Below are positions 11,063 to 21,419 of a stretch of DNA of 64,000 nucleotides, one piece after another. A program made the position numbers and the translations under genes. Each line of letters starts with the position of its first letter. The stretch's first letter is position 1. Where the stretch lies: positions 32,001 through 96,000 of the IMG/VR virus record IMGVR_UViG_3300011113_000675. One strand, 5' to 3'. The notes under the pieces are model-generated. The model saw only the letters and a list, made by a program, of their open reading frames with translations. It had not been told where the DNA came from and made no database searches. The DNA is from a virus.

Positions 11063-11083
11063 TATTTATAAGATAAAAGATAA

Positions 11084-12586
11084 ATGTCGATCTTAAGGTC
11101 TTATATAAATAAAAACAATACCATCATTTCAAACTCATATGTTAATACGGGAAGAAATCCTGTAATTGAGTTAAATTTTGGTGCTTCGGATGTCATTGTC
11201 CCAAACTTTGGTTACACAAGATTTATCTTTGATTTAGATTTATCTTTATTAGAAGAAAATATTGCTTCGGGGGTCATATCAACAGGATGTACTTCAGCAA
11301 TGACTCATACCCTGAAAATGACTAATACATCTTCATTTGACAATGAATTATTGAATTCATTTATGTCCAATGAAAGACGAAGAGCAACTTCATTTGATTT
11401 AATATTATGGAGAATCCCCAAATTTTCAGGAGCCACAGGTAATCCTCAATATTGGGATGAAGGTGTCGGATATGACTACAGTGACTTCAACATTGCACAA
11501 AATAGTGCGAATGGTGGAATTTCCCCTTTAACGTACGTTGACAGTCGAGCATATTCTACACGACCATCTAACTGGTATCAAACGACAACTCTCTCTGGAT
11601 GGTCTCAAAATGGTATCTATGACAATAGAAATCAAGGGAGTGTAAACTATTCAGGTTTGACAATCGTGGCTCGACAACATTTCGAACTTGGAAACGAAGA
11701 TTTAAACATGGATATGACCGCCGAAATCAACGGTATATTGAATGGGTCAATAACTGGAGTCACAGGTTGGGGTATTTCATATCTACCACAAATAGAAAAT
11801 ATCACAGGTCTTACAGATAGTTACAGTGTTGCATTTTTCTCGAGACACACTCAAACATTCTATCAACCATATCTTTTAACAAATTACAATGATTTTGTTG
11901 AAGACGACAGAAATCTATTCCTCAAGAACCAAGAAAATAAATTATTTTTATATGTTTATCAAAATGGTGATTTTGTAAACCTTGACTCTGACCCATTTGT
12001 TAGGATTGAAGATAGAAATGGAACTGCGGTAACTGGAATGGCTTCATTAACAACTTGTCTAAAAACCAAGGGGATATATGAAGTCACAGTACCAAATGGG
12101 TTCTCCAACTATCCAACACCATGTATTTTTTATGATGTTTGGTCTGGTCTTACAATCAATGGTCAATCAGTCCCAAATGTGACAAACCAATTTACATTAC
12201 AACCTTACACTTCAGGTATTCAAATTGGTTCCGTTTCTAAAGACCCCGAAATATTTGGTTTTGATTTCTATGGTATTCTTCAAAATGAAAAAATCCTTAA
12301 CACAGATATTCGTAAAGTTGGTGTAACTATCAAGAAAGCTTATACAGGACAACAACTCTTATCAGACGTTTCAGGATTTTATCGAGTATATGTTACTGAA
12401 GGAACAACAGAAGTTTTAGTTCAAGATTGGACTCCACTGAATCGTACTCCGAATGAATATTATTTCATATTTGATATGAGAGACAAAATACCAAACCAAT
12501 ATTTTGTTGATATTCAAGTGAACACTTCAGGTGAAAAGGATACTTATAAAAGACAATTAACATTTTCAATCGTAAATACAAAATGA
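11084..12586 (+). CDS. Hypothetical virion structural protein
   Basis: TATTTAT upstream; beta-rich S/T/G/N composition; WDEGVG motif. Confidence 0.5.
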   Translation: MSILRSYINKNNTIISNSYVNTGRNPVIELNFGASDVIVPNFGYTRFIFDLDLSLLEENIASGVISTGCTSAMTHTLKMTNTSSFDNELLNSFMSNERRRATSFDLILWRIPKFSGATGNPQYWDEGVGYDYSDFNIAQNSANGGISPLTYVDSRAYSTRPSNWYQTTTLSGWSQNGIYDNRNQGSVNYSGLTIVARQHFELGNEDLNMDMTAEINGILNGSITGVTGWGISYLPQIENITGLTDSYSVAFFSRHTQTFYQPYLLTNYNDFVEDDRNLFLKNQENKLFLYVYQNGDFVNLDSDPFVRIEDRNGTAVTGMASLTTCLKTKGIYEVTVPNGFSNYPTPCIFYDVWSGLTINGQSVPNVTNQFTLQPYTSGIQIGSVSKDPEIFGFDFYGILQNEKILNTDIRKVGVTIKKAYTGQQLLSDVSGFYRVYVTEGTTEVLVQDWTPLNRTPNEYYFIFDMRDKIPNQYFVDIQVNTSGEKDTYKRQLTFSIVNTK

Positions 12587-13053
12587 ATAAAGTAGTTAAA
12601 CTTACAGAAAACGATTTGACCCACTTGGTCAACAGAGTACTCAAAGAACAAGATGAAGAACAAGCAAATTACATGTTTTTTAGTAATTTGAAACAAATTG
12701 CAAGACAATGTAAAATGTTATTGGAAATGGACCCTGAGATGATTGACCAAATCCTACTTGATGGTCATGATTGGGCGGATGACCACGTTACAGAGGCCAA
12801 AGTTAATATGGATCAAGTTTTCGATTTCATAATGAATGAAAAAAGAAAAATGGACCAATACGTTGACTATGAAGATATGAATGAGGGGAGAAAAAAAACA
12901 GGTACTAAACTTTGTGCTAGAGGCAAATCTGCGGCAAAATCCAAATTCAAAGTTTATCCATCAGCGTACGCCAACGGTTATGCGGTTCAGGTCTGTAAAG
13001 GGAAAATGCCAGGTTTAGATGGTAAAAAACATTGTTCAGGAGCTTATTGTTAA
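12583..13053 (+). CDS. Hypothetical virion protein with N-terminal helical leader and C-terminal YPSAYANG domain
   Basis: KLTENDLTHLVNRVLKEQ leader; LCARG...YPSAYANGYAVQVC. Confidence 0.55.
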   Translation: MNKVVKLTENDLTHLVNRVLKEQDEEQANYMFFSNLKQIARQCKMLLEMDPEMIDQILLDGHDWADDHVTEAKVNMDQVFDFIMNEKRKMDQYVDYEDMNEGRKKTGTKLCARGKSAAKSKFKVYPSAYANGYAVQVCKGKMPGLDGKKHCSGAYC

Positions 13054-13079
13054 GGGAAATTTTATTTCCCTTTTTTTTT
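13052..13079 (+). terminator. Intrinsic terminator
   Basis: AAGGGAAAT/ATTTCCCTT stem followed by T tract. Confidence 0.8.
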
Positions 13080-13125
13080 GTTCAGAAAAGTTTTATCTTT
13101 GTAGAACAATCACTACTTATTAACA

Positions 13126-13527
13126 ATGACAAAATTTTTCAGAAAACTTTGGATACGAATTTTTATTCGTGTTTCAAGAAAAATTCATCCATCAATTGAA
13201 TCATTGGAGGACAATGAAAAGTTAGCATCTGCAATTTGTAGAACACTAATTAAGCATCCTGAATCAACCTTCTTGATTGCTCCATTGTCTCAAAAAAGAT
13301 ACATCAAAAATGAAGTCATGCAAATGTTCATTATCTTAGAGGGAGATAGGATGAACATCACTAATCACATTTACAATTATGACATTCTTCTCACAAAAGA
13401 AACAAGTGAAAGACTCAATAGAATTTTCGATAATAAAGTTGAAGAGGTGAGGTCAAAATTTGAAAAAGAAATGAAAAGTCAAGTACGTCATTCTCTTTAT
13501 TCAATTTTGGAAAAATTATCTAATTGA
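13126..13527 (+). CDS. Hypothetical protein
   Basis: Preceded by TATCTTTG at 13094. Confidence 0.6.
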   Translation: MTKFFRKLWIRIFIRVSRKIHPSIESLEDNEKLASAICRTLIKHPESTFLIAPLSQKRYIKNEVMQMFIILEGDRMNITNHIYNYDILLTKETSERLNRIFDNKVEEVRSKFEKEMKSQVRHSLYSILEKLSN

Positions 13528-14268
13528 TTCTCTTAAAACTTTTTTTACCAAATCCCGTAATTGTTCATTTCGGGATTTTTTTGGTTTATAACTCGTCATA
13601 GTCGGGGCGTTTCCTTTTCCAACTTTTGGGTCTGCTTTTTCAGCTTTTCTTTTTTGTTGACAAGCAGATTTTTTCTGTGAATCAGTCATTTTTGAGGCCA
13701 CTCCAGCAGCACGACACTTCGGATACCCTTTACTATCTGCTTCAGGTCTTCCACACGGGGGATGTCCTCCACCTTCTTTTTTTCTACAAATGTTAACCCA
13801 CGGCCCTTTTGGTTGTTTTGAGCCTTTAGGTTTTTTCTTTGTCCCAAACCAAACGGCTAAATCTTCTTTAAGTAATTCCTCTTTTAAAACATCTTGATAA
13901 TCGCTTTTCGGAAGATTTGCGATTCTTTTTATATATTCGGGAGTACCAGGGACTTCCGTATTGTTAGGAACATATCCATTCATTGGATTTCCCTCATCGT
14001 CACTTTGTGAGAACATGGCTTTAGCTCTTTTTGCCTTATCTATGGCGTTTCTTTCATTTTTATTAATCGTTTGTGAGTCTCTTTCCATATTACCATCGTA
14101 ACTATCATACGCGTTCATGGCACTCACATACTCAGACACGGGATTAACAAATGGTTCTAAATTTTGATTTGTCCAAGTTTGGGGAGCTAATACTAAAGGA
14201 ATTCTCATTTTTCCAGAACTTCCAGAACCTGTCGCTTCTTTTATAATATTTTTTTTCGTATCTTTCAC
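13516..14268 (-). CDS. Hypothetical basic Cys-rich protein
   Basis: DLAVWF, WVNIC, HPPCGR, YPKCR; TATTTAT 4 nt upstream of GTG. Confidence 0.6.
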   Translation of the reverse strand: MKDTKKNIIKEATGSGSSGKMRIPLVLAPQTWTNQNLEPFVNPVSEYVSAMNAYDSYDGNMERDSQTINKNERNAIDKAKRAKAMFSQSDDEGNPMNGYVPNNTEVPGTPEYIKRIANLPKSDYQDVLKEELLKEDLAVWFGTKKKPKGSKQPKGPWVNICRKKEGGGHPPCGRPEADSKGYPKCRAAGVASKMTDSQKKSACQQKRKAEKADPKVGKGNAPTMTSYKPKKSRNEQLRDLVKKVLRESIR

Positions 14269-14296
14269 AATAATAAATATATCAATTCATTGTATT

Positions 14297-14524
14297 ATGA
14301 CAGACAAACAACCTATTGGATTACTATTTGGAAGTGTTGGATATTACAGTCCTGATGACATCAATTCTATCTGTGACGATATGAATTTAGAACAAGCATA
14401 TTTTATGATAATAAAGGCTTTGGAATATTCTCACAATTCTAATATCTTTACACTTCAAGAATCTGAATTAGTTTCCAAGTCGCTTAGAATTTTCAACAAA
14501 CATTTCACCGAAGAAAAATCATGA
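14297..14524 (+). CDS. Hypothetical protein
   Basis: ORF overlapping the next start (ATGA). Confidence 0.5.
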   Translation: MTDKQPIGLLFGSVGYYSPDDINSICDDMNLEQAYFMIIKALEYSHNSNIFTLQESELVSKSLRIFNKHFTEEKS

Positions 14525-14937
14525 AAAAATTTATTGTTTCCTTATTTTTACTGATTACATTTTATTTTCCTGTTTTTTCACAAGGAGTTGGAATTCCATT
14601 AAGAACATTCAAACTTAATAATGGAATTGATTTGTTGAAAAATTCTTTTTCCCCAAGTGCTTCCGAAATGTATGGTGAGTTAGAATCAGAATTTATAGGA
14701 GACATCAATGATTACGAAATCATTAAAATAGAATCTTTCTTAAATTTTTTAGATTGGGTCAAAAATGAAAATTACATCTCTGTAGTCAAAAGAAGATATA
14801 ACACAACTATGTCCGAAACCTCAGTTGGTATAAACCCAATAAAATCAAATGGAGAAACCAAAAAAATCGCAATAATTTATTGGAAAAATGAAAAGGAAAA
14901 CTTTGATGAAATGGTTTGTTTTTTAGTAAATTATTGA
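14521..14937 (+). CDS. Hypothetical secreted protein
   Basis: Signal peptide ending VFS-Q, a Bacteroidota-type Gln start. Confidence 0.55.
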   Translation: MKKFIVSLFLLITFYFPVFSQGVGIPLRTFKLNNGIDLLKNSFSPSASEMYGELESEFIGDINDYEIIKIESFLNFLDWVKNENYISVVKRRYNTTMSETSVGINPIKSNGETKKIAIIYWKNEKENFDEMVCFLVNY

Positions 14938-16082
14938 GAAATTTCTGGCAATTTGATTATTAATCTTCTGTTTGGTGCAGTTTTCTTGGTATCTCGAACT
15001 TCAGGATACTTCATACCCTTTGCGAACTGGTCTGTTTGTCCTATCGGGTTTGGTATGAAGTTCAATGTCTTATTACCCGTTTCCCTCTTCAATCTGTCTA
15101 TAATTGTTTGTGCTCTACGTTTGGACAATTCCATGTTATATTGCTCCTTTGTTGCCGGATCACTATCAATGGATGCTGACGTTGTTACTGTTACGTCTCC
15201 ACTAACGTTACTATAAAACTTTTTAATGTTTTCGATGAATTCTTTGAAACTTTTTTCTGCTTCGGGGGTCAAATCTGTTTTGTCAAACTCAAATGGACTT
15301 TCAATGTCGAAAGAAGTTATTTTCGGAGTCTCAGTCGGTGGAATTTCCTCTGGTTCTCGAACTCCACCAGGGCTCCCATATTCAAGAGGAGATATTTCAA
15401 CAATAAATGCACCTGGAACGTAACTTTGGTTGTAGAAAATTTCATTTCCTGGTTTATTTTTCACTTTTTCAAAATCGGCAGATGAAATCTCAGAGCTTCC
15501 GACATCTCCATTAAATGAAATTTGACCCCATTGAGGGACATTTTTTTGAGTGTTGAAAGCACAATACCAATAAGGTGTGGAGGGTGACATACTTCTATAT
15601 CTTGGTGAATGACCTGGGTCTGAGGTGTCGTCCATCATTTCACCTATGAATATTGCATTTTGGGTCAGTTTGTTGGGTATTATATAGTTTCCACTCGATC
15701 CTTTTTTTATTATTCCACCTAATTGTTCTAAGGTTGGTATTTGAATATAAGTGTCTGGCGTGTCAACTGGTGAATTTTTTTTCCAATCAACTATACCTGC
15801 TCTTTTTGGATCATTAGCCATAAATGCCATGGTACTGTAATATTCTTGTCCTTGCTTCCTAAGCCCTTTATGTCTGTAAAGAAAATAGTCCGATCCTCTC
15901 TGAAAAACTTTGTAACCTAATATTTCCCAAAAAGGCTCACTATTATCTTCTGCGGACACAGGTTGGGATATCCCAGTCTCTAATTGTTCTGACATCAGAT
16001 AAAACTTTTTAGTTGCTGATTCATGAAGAGATAAAATTCTATTTCTTTCTTCGTTAGATATTTCCCAAGTTTGCTTAATCAT
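14931..16082 (-). CDS. OmpA-like peptidoglycan-binding domain protein
   Basis: C-terminal FEFDKTDL...YNMELSKRRA...NRR; ATG at 16082 after TATTTAT. Confidence 0.7.
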   Translation of the reverse strand: MIKQTWEISNEERNRILSLHESATKKFYLMSEQLETGISQPVSAEDNSEPFWEILGYKVFQRGSDYFLYRHKGLRKQGQEYYSTMAFMANDPKRAGIVDWKKNSPVDTPDTYIQIPTLEQLGGIIKKGSSGNYIIPNKLTQNAIFIGEMMDDTSDPGHSPRYRSMSPSTPYWYCAFNTQKNVPQWGQISFNGDVGSSEISSADFEKVKNKPGNEIFYNQSYVPGAFIVEISPLEYGSPGGVREPEEIPPTETPKITSFDIESPFEFDKTDLTPEAEKSFKEFIENIKKFYSNVSGDVTVTTSASIDSDPATKEQYNMELSKRRAQTIIDRLKRETGNKTLNFIPNPIGQTDQFAKGMKYPEVRDTKKTAPNRRLIIKLPEISQ

Positions 16083-16111
16083 ACTATATAATTTATTATA
16101 AATATCAGGAT

Positions 16112-16143
16112 AAAAAAAAAGGGACAATTTCTTGTCCCTTTTT
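16112..16143 (-). terminator. Intrinsic terminator after the major capsid gene
   Basis: GGGACAA/TTGTCCC stem flanked by A and T tracts. Confidence 0.8.
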
Positions 16144-16161
16144 ACCATATCGAAATTTCGA

Positions 16162-17952
16162 TTATCTCAATTCTCTCAAGTCGAATGTTCTTACTCCATC
16201 AACTGTGATTCTACCATAGAATCTGTTATTAACCATTTTCTTAGCGTATCTAGTCATGATACCTTTGATTGGTGTAAAGTTGAATGGATTGTACATTGTA
16301 GGAGTTAATTGTAGAGGTACATACGGTGCGTAGATGTAACCAGTGTCCAATAGAGAAGTTCCTTTGTGACCCATCAATACTTGGTTTGGTGGGAAGTAAG
16401 GGTCTCTATACACTTGATAACGACCTGCTAATGTACCAACTCTTTCAATACCCATGTTGTACTGATCTTGCTCAGGAGCTGCGTTTGATACGTGGAAGTA
16501 TTCCAAGTCATCAAAAATAGCACTGATTTCAGAAGAAACAACGATCCAGTTAGCTCCACCTCTCAAAGTAGATTTGTGGATTTGTGCTGAAATTTGGTTG
16601 ATTGCTGTGATAAGAGTTTGGTTCCAATCTTTCTGAGTATAAGGAACTGCGTTAGATCCTAATCTCTTCCATCCATTGTAATCCCATCTTAAGTTCCAAG
16701 CCGCTCCTTTTCTAAGGTCTCTCAAGATTTCTCTATCGATTTCAGCCGCAACTTGCTCAGATAACAATGCAGTTAATTCAGCTTCAGCGTCGATGTTGTG
16801 GAATGCCGCAACGTCCTGAGCCATTTCTGGAGACCACTGAGCTCTTAATTTTCTTTCAGTTACAGAAACTGTTACTGACATAAGGTCGAATGAAACTTCA
16901 CCAATCTTATCTTCGAATTCCAAGTTCTTATAGATTCTATAAGTAGCTGTGAATGCGTTTGATGTAGCAGTTGAAGAAGAGAATGATGAACCTGTGTAAC
17001 CATCCAATGAACCACCGCAGCTAATACATACTGGAACTTGTAAATCAACTTCCAAGTAGATTTTACCTTCAGCGTCGCAAAGGTTGTCATACTGACCACC
17101 ATCTGTCTTAGACTGAGGGAATAACAAGGTTGCGTTATTGTTACCATATTCTACGATACCTTTACCATATCTCTGAGTTACAACTCTGAACAAGTAAGGG
17201 TTTGAAGTGTTTGCTGAAGTGTAAACGTTACCAGCAACACCATAAACAGTCAAATCAGATAAGAAAGCTTCGTTATCCATTGGTTGACCATCAGGACCGA
17301 TTAACTTACCAGCTCCATCAGACGCGAAACCTGACATAACGATAAGAACTTTTCTATAGTTATCCAAGGTGTAAGCTGAAGGTACCAAGTTATCCGCCAA
17401 CCAAGCAACAGTTACAACTGGTGCAGTAATTGCTGAGAATTGTCCTTTAGAATAATCGAACAATCCAGGAGGATCCAAAGCTGGTTCGTTACCTTCATAG
17501 AATCTGTCGTAGAGATCCTTGGTGTTATTGTAATCATAGCCACTGTTTGGAGTTTGACCAGCCGCAGCGTTTGGAGAACCATAAGGTGCGTAGTGCTCAG
17601 AAGTACCTGGTTGGTAAGACTGAATGTTAGGTACGAAGTAGAACAATTTACCGATAGGTAAGTTCATAGCTTGTACAGAAACGATATCGTTTGCTAATAA
17701 TTTAGAGAATACTCTTCTAACGATAGGGAAAACAACTGTTTCAAATGCACCTGTATCAGATGTAGATGATGCTTCGTTAATTAAGTGAGAAGCTTGGTTT
17801 TCATAAAGTTGAGCTACGTTTTCTCTCATGTGACCTTTAAGACCCTCAAGGAATCCTAATTTGTCCCATTTGTTGATTGTGTCTTCTTTAATAACTTTAA
17901 GGTGCTTAAGACCGATGTTACCAACAAGACCTGATTCTAATAATGCTCCCAT
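16162..17952 (-). CDS. Major capsid protein (T4 gp23-like)
   Basis: VSVQAMNLPIGKLF, RKLRAQWSPEMAQD, YAPYVPL, GIMTRY; central insertion. Confidence 0.95.
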   Translation of the reverse strand: MGALLESGLVGNIGLKHLKVIKEDTINKWDKLGFLEGLKGHMRENVAQLYENQASHLINEASSTSDTGAFETVVFPIVRRVFSKLLANDIVSVQAMNLPIGKLFYFVPNIQSYQPGTSEHYAPYGSPNAAAGQTPNSGYDYNNTKDLYDRFYEGNEPALDPPGLFDYSKGQFSAITAPVVTVAWLADNLVPSAYTLDNYRKVLIVMSGFASDGAGKLIGPDGQPMDNEAFLSDLTVYGVAGNVYTSANTSNPYLFRVVTQRYGKGIVEYGNNNATLLFPQSKTDGGQYDNLCDAEGKIYLEVDLQVPVCISCGGSLDGYTGSSFSSSTATSNAFTATYRIYKNLEFEDKIGEVSFDLMSVTVSVTERKLRAQWSPEMAQDVAAFHNIDAEAELTALLSEQVAAEIDREILRDLRKGAAWNLRWDYNGWKRLGSNAVPYTQKDWNQTLITAINQISAQIHKSTLRGGANWIVVSSEISAIFDDLEYFHVSNAAPEQDQYNMGIERVGTLAGRYQVYRDPYFPPNQVLMGHKGTSLLDTGYIYAPYVPLQLTPTMYNPFNFTPIKGIMTRYAKKMVNNRFYGRITVDGVRTFDLRELR

Positions 17953-17992
17953 TTTTAGTATTTTGTTTTGTTTGTTTAATTTGTTTATTTAA

Positions 17993-19603
17993 TTACCCAA
18001 TTTTACTCATCAAATCTTTCATTCTTAAGAACTGAGGATTCTCATAAGTTTTCGATTCAATTAGGGTAGTTGATGAACCTGTAGAAACACTTTTGTTTAA
18101 TTTAGTTTCTACTGATTCGTTTATTGGTGTACTTTCAGTTTTAGATAATTCGTCTTTGATTGACTTGTAAAGATTTTTAGATTCTTTCAAAGTATCGACA
18201 TTGTCAAATCTTCTAAGAATATTAATTTTTTCTTTTTTAGTAGTCGAATGTTCAGTGAATAATCTAGTCGCATATGCCAAGTTCGAATTGAAGATAGCAA
18301 CTTCATTAAGTTTTTCTCTGAAAATATTTAATGCCTTTCTGTATTCTTCATTTTTCTCTCTTAACATTGCAACTTCTGACTCTGTGGATTCAACTTTTAC
18401 TCCGTTCTTACCGTAAACATAATTTCTGTTATTAGTAATTCCTTTTCTAAGTCCTCTTCCTTCTTTTGAACCCATTCCATAAGTTCTAGCTGCTTCTTTA
18501 GTTTCTTCCTTTTCGAAAGCTTTTCTTTTCAGAGTATCACCTTTTTTGGTAGTAAAATCTTCTTTACCTTTCATAGTCTTCGATTTATCACCTTTATTCA
18601 TTCCGTAATTACCCTCTTTTGTTTCAGCCTTAACAACTTTGGATTTTTGTTCCATATTTTCACCTTTCTTGTATTCGAATTTTGGTTTACCAGTACCTAC
18701 TGATTTTGGTCCTTCTTTTTTCTTCTCATCGAATCCGCCTTTAGCTTTATCTTTGTAAGTAAATTTAGGTCCAGAACCAATTCCAACACCTTTAGGTTTA
18801 ACTGTCGATTTTGCCTCTCTAACAGCTTTTCTATGGTTGTAAGATTCGTCCAATTCTTCATCTTCTTCTTCGTCCATCATGTCTTCTTCGTCCATCATGT
18901 CTTCTTCGTCCATCATGTCTTCTTCATCCATCATGTCTTCTTCGTCCATCATGTCTTCTCCTTCTTCAAGGTCTTCTCCTTCTTCGAGGTCTTCACCTTC
19001 TTCAAGGTCTTCTTCCTCATCAAATTCGATTTCATACATAACTTCTTCATCTTCAACGTCGAAATCCTCAACGTCACCGTCTTTTGAGAAAATTGCATTG
19101 ATTACATCTTCTGTATCAACATCCATTTCATCCATTTCATCTACGTGCATAGTTTCATCTAATTCTTCTTCCTCTTCTGACTCACCTAGCTTAACTAAGT
19201 ATTCTGAATCGGTATCAGCATCGGTTAAATGAATGTCTTCACCGTCTTTTTTAACGATGATACCATCTTCTTCACCCATAGCCTTAAAGACTCTTAGAAT
19301 TTCTTCGTCTGAAGCGTCAGTCAAATCTATTGGACTTTCTTCTGAATCCATATCCATGTCCATATCAAATTCCATGTCCATTTCCATATCATCATCATTA
19401 TCAACAGGCATATCGGTATCGATATCTGTATCTAATTCAATCTCATCTTCCATATCTTGCTCTGACAGAGATTCTTTTACTAATTGGTTGATTTCTTCCT
19501 TCATAGTTGAAGCAAGTATTCCTTTTGCATTCTGGGCGATTGCTTCTTCAACATTTTTCATTTGAATTAACGCCTCTTGTACTAAGTTTTTATTTTCTTG
19601 CAT
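17993..19603 (-). CDS. Prohead core/scaffolding protein (gp22-like)
   Basis: Highly acidic, coiled coil, lies between protease and capsid genes. Confidence 0.75.
   Translation of the reverse strand: MQENKNLVQEALIQMKNVEEAIAQNAKGILASTMKEEINQLVKESLSEQDMEDEIELDTDIDTDMPVDNDDDMEMDMEFDMDMDMDSEESPIDLTDASDEEILRVFKAMGEEDGIIVKKDGEDIHLTDADTDSEYLVKLGESEEEEELDETMHVDEMDEMDVDTEDVINAIFSKDGDVEDFDVEDEEVMYEIEFDEEEDLEEGEDLEEGEDLEEGEDMMDEEDMMDEEDMMDEEDMMDEEDMMDEEEDEELDESYNHRKAVREAKSTVKPKGVGIGSGPKFTYKDKAKGGFDEKKKEGPKSVGTGKPKFEYKKGENMEQKSKVVKAETKEGNYGMNKGDKSKTMKGKEDFTTKKGDTLKRKAFEKEETKEAARTYGMGSKEGRGLRKGITNNRNYVYGKNGVKVESTESEVAMLREKNEEYRKALNIFREKLNEVAIFNSNLAYATRLFTEHSTTKKEKINILRRFDNVDTLKESKNLYKSIKDELSKTESTPINESVETKLNKSVSTGSSTTLIESKTYENPQFLRMKDLMSKIG
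18872..19017 (-). repeat. 18-nt tandem repeats: 5x (EEDMMD) plus 3x (EEGEDL-like)
   Basis: GTCCATCATGTCTTCTTC units seen directly on the + strand. Confidence 0.9.
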
Positions 19604-19726
19604 AGAAAAAAATTGTTTATTTTAACATATAAATAGTACCAAAACTAAAAAAATTCATTTTACGACATCCTGAAAATAAAAAAAGTGGTCGATTGACCAC
19701 TTCGTTTGTTTCAGTTTGATTATTTA

Positions 19727-19936
19727 TTACTCGATTACTTCGTCGATTTTACTTTCAGATACTGCGGTGATTCTCCAATCATGAGTAAATCCTTCGTATT
19801 TTTTCGTCACCTTAGCTTCAACATCTGTTACAGAATAACCTTTCACAAGTTTTTCTTCTCTAACTTTTTTAATCTTACCCGTGTTTTCATCTGGGAAATC
19901 ATACTGAATTTTTGCTACAAAATATTTTTCGTCCAT
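19727..19936 (-). CDS. DUF4494-like small protein
   Basis: YFVAKIQYD...KIKKVREEKLV...SVTDVEAKV. Confidence 0.55.
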   Translation of the reverse strand: MDEKYFVAKIQYDFPDENTGKIKKVREEKLVKGYSVTDVEAKVTKKYEGFTHDWRITAVSESKIDEVIE

Positions 19937-19940
19937 AATT

Positions 19941-20657
19941 TTATTTTCCTAAAAAATCGTCTAATTTTCTCATTAAGTCAACCGACTTTTCAACATAGTC
20001 ATTATTTTGTTTAGATTTTCTTTCTTCTTCTAAATTTTCTTCATACTTACTTCTTTCGTCAGGATTAGAAAATAAGTAAGCCCCTGGTGTTGATGGTGAT
20101 GAAACCAAATCGAAACATATTAATTCGAAGTCATCTTGTACCTCATTTCTTTCTCCTACTTTTTTCAATGACCCAACTCCTCTTGATGAAATACCTAATG
20201 TCACTCCTTGTCTCATTAAGTTAGCCGCTTGGTCTCCCTTAGTCGAAACTATACCTCTTTCGTGAAACCCTGGAGATGTCAATAATTTGAGTTTTCCCAT
20301 GAGTATATTTTTATCCCACCATATATCTGTAATGATGTGAGATACTCTATCTAAGTCTATCAATGATGATTCAGGGTGGTTTAATTCTGATGTGGACAAA
20401 CCCTTAGAAATTGCTTGCTTATATCTATCCGCCTCTCTTTTCAAAATTCTTTCAGGATACGTTCTACCATTTCTATTTGGTGTGTCGTATTTCTGAAGAA
20501 CAGCATAAAACTCAAATGGATTTCTATAATCTAAATTTGATGCTTCTTTTAAGACATCCATATTATGAGTGTCCTTTGGAGAAACCCAACCTGCGTCCAT
20601 TTCAATCAATATACCATGACCAATTTCGCTCGCTTCTAAAATTCTTAAATTTTTCAT
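19941..20657 (-). CDS. Prohead protease (T4 gp21-like)
   Basis: NRNGRTY, ELNHP, GISSRGVGS, FDLVSSPS. Confidence 0.92.
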   Translation of the reverse strand: MKNLRILEASEIGHGILIEMDAGWVSPKDTHNMDVLKEASNLDYRNPFEFYAVLQKYDTPNRNGRTYPERILKREADRYKQAISKGLSTSELNHPESSLIDLDRVSHIITDIWWDKNILMGKLKLLTSPGFHERGIVSTKGDQAANLMRQGVTLGISSRGVGSLKKVGERNEVQDDFELICFDLVSSPSTPGAYLFSNPDERSKYEENLEEERKSKQNNDYVEKSVDLMRKLDDFLGK

Positions 20658-20702
20658 CTAATCTTTTAAGATAAATATACGGATTTGGATTGTTTGTTAA
20701 TT

Positions 20703-21134
20703 TTAGTCTTTTTTTGAAATTGAAAACTCGAAGTATTTGTTTTGAACAACGTTATTTTTGTAGATAGATTTCACTATAGTTTTTACAGATTCTTTGATTT
20801 CATCACATTTAAAATCCATATCCTTGAGTGTATATAGATTGATTTCCAAATTGAAAAAAGATTTTTTACCTTTCGATATTCCACTTGTCCTTAGGTCCAA
20901 ATCGACAATATTTTTTTCTTGAAAAATCTTGGAATTTATTGATTCGTATACAGAATTTTTTATTTCTCTCCCCAAACCCGAGACAACTCGGTTCCAATTA
21001 TCGAGATCTTCTTTTGGAGTAACCCATGATTGAATGTTTATGTAAACTGACTTTAAGTTTTTAGAATCTACTGTCCCATACTGTGATTTTATGGGATTGA
21101 ACAGGTTAAGTTTGACACTTTTTCCTTTTTTCAT
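20703..21134 (-). CDS. Hypothetical protein
   Basis: 143-aa ORF within the head module. Confidence 0.6.
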   Translation of the reverse strand: MKKGKSVKLNLFNPIKSQYGTVDSKNLKSVYINIQSWVTPKEDLDNWNRVVSGLGREIKNSVYESINSKIFQEKNIVDLDLRTSGISKGKKSFFNLEINLYTLKDMDFKCDEIKESVKTIVKSIYKNNVVQNKYFEFSISKKD

Positions 21135-21227
21135 TAATAATGATATTATGTATGTTTATTAATGAAATAATATACATAATATGTATGATTGTCAAAATTT
21201 TTTTATATTTGTAGATATTTCTAAGAT

Positions 21228-21419
21228 ATGATAATAATAAAAATAAATCAGGGTAACCCTCTTGAGAAGGCTCTCAAAACCCTGAAGTCAAAAGTAATCA
21301 AAACGAAACAGAATCAAATTTTATTTGATAGGAAACAATATACAAAAAAATCTGTACTTAGACGAGCACAGATTTTGAAGGCAAAACATATTCAAAGTTT
21401 GAAAGACCAATCAAATTGA
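21228..21419 (+). CDS. rpsU: Ribosomal protein bS21 (phage-encoded)
   Basis: 63 aa, basic; LEKALKTLKSK, YTKKSVLRRAQILKA align with bS21; TATATTTG upstream. Confidence 0.85.
   Translation: MIIIKINQGNPLEKALKTLKSKVIKTKQNQILFDRKQYTKKSVLRRAQILKAKHIQSLKDQSN

Noticed and set aside
18872-19017. 18-nt tandem repeats as a possible CRISPR array
   Set aside because: No spacers; in-frame coding repeats.
18833-19565. Plus-strand ORFs rich in Ser or in Phe/His/Val
   Set aside because: Antisense shadows of the acidic repeats in the scaffold gene.
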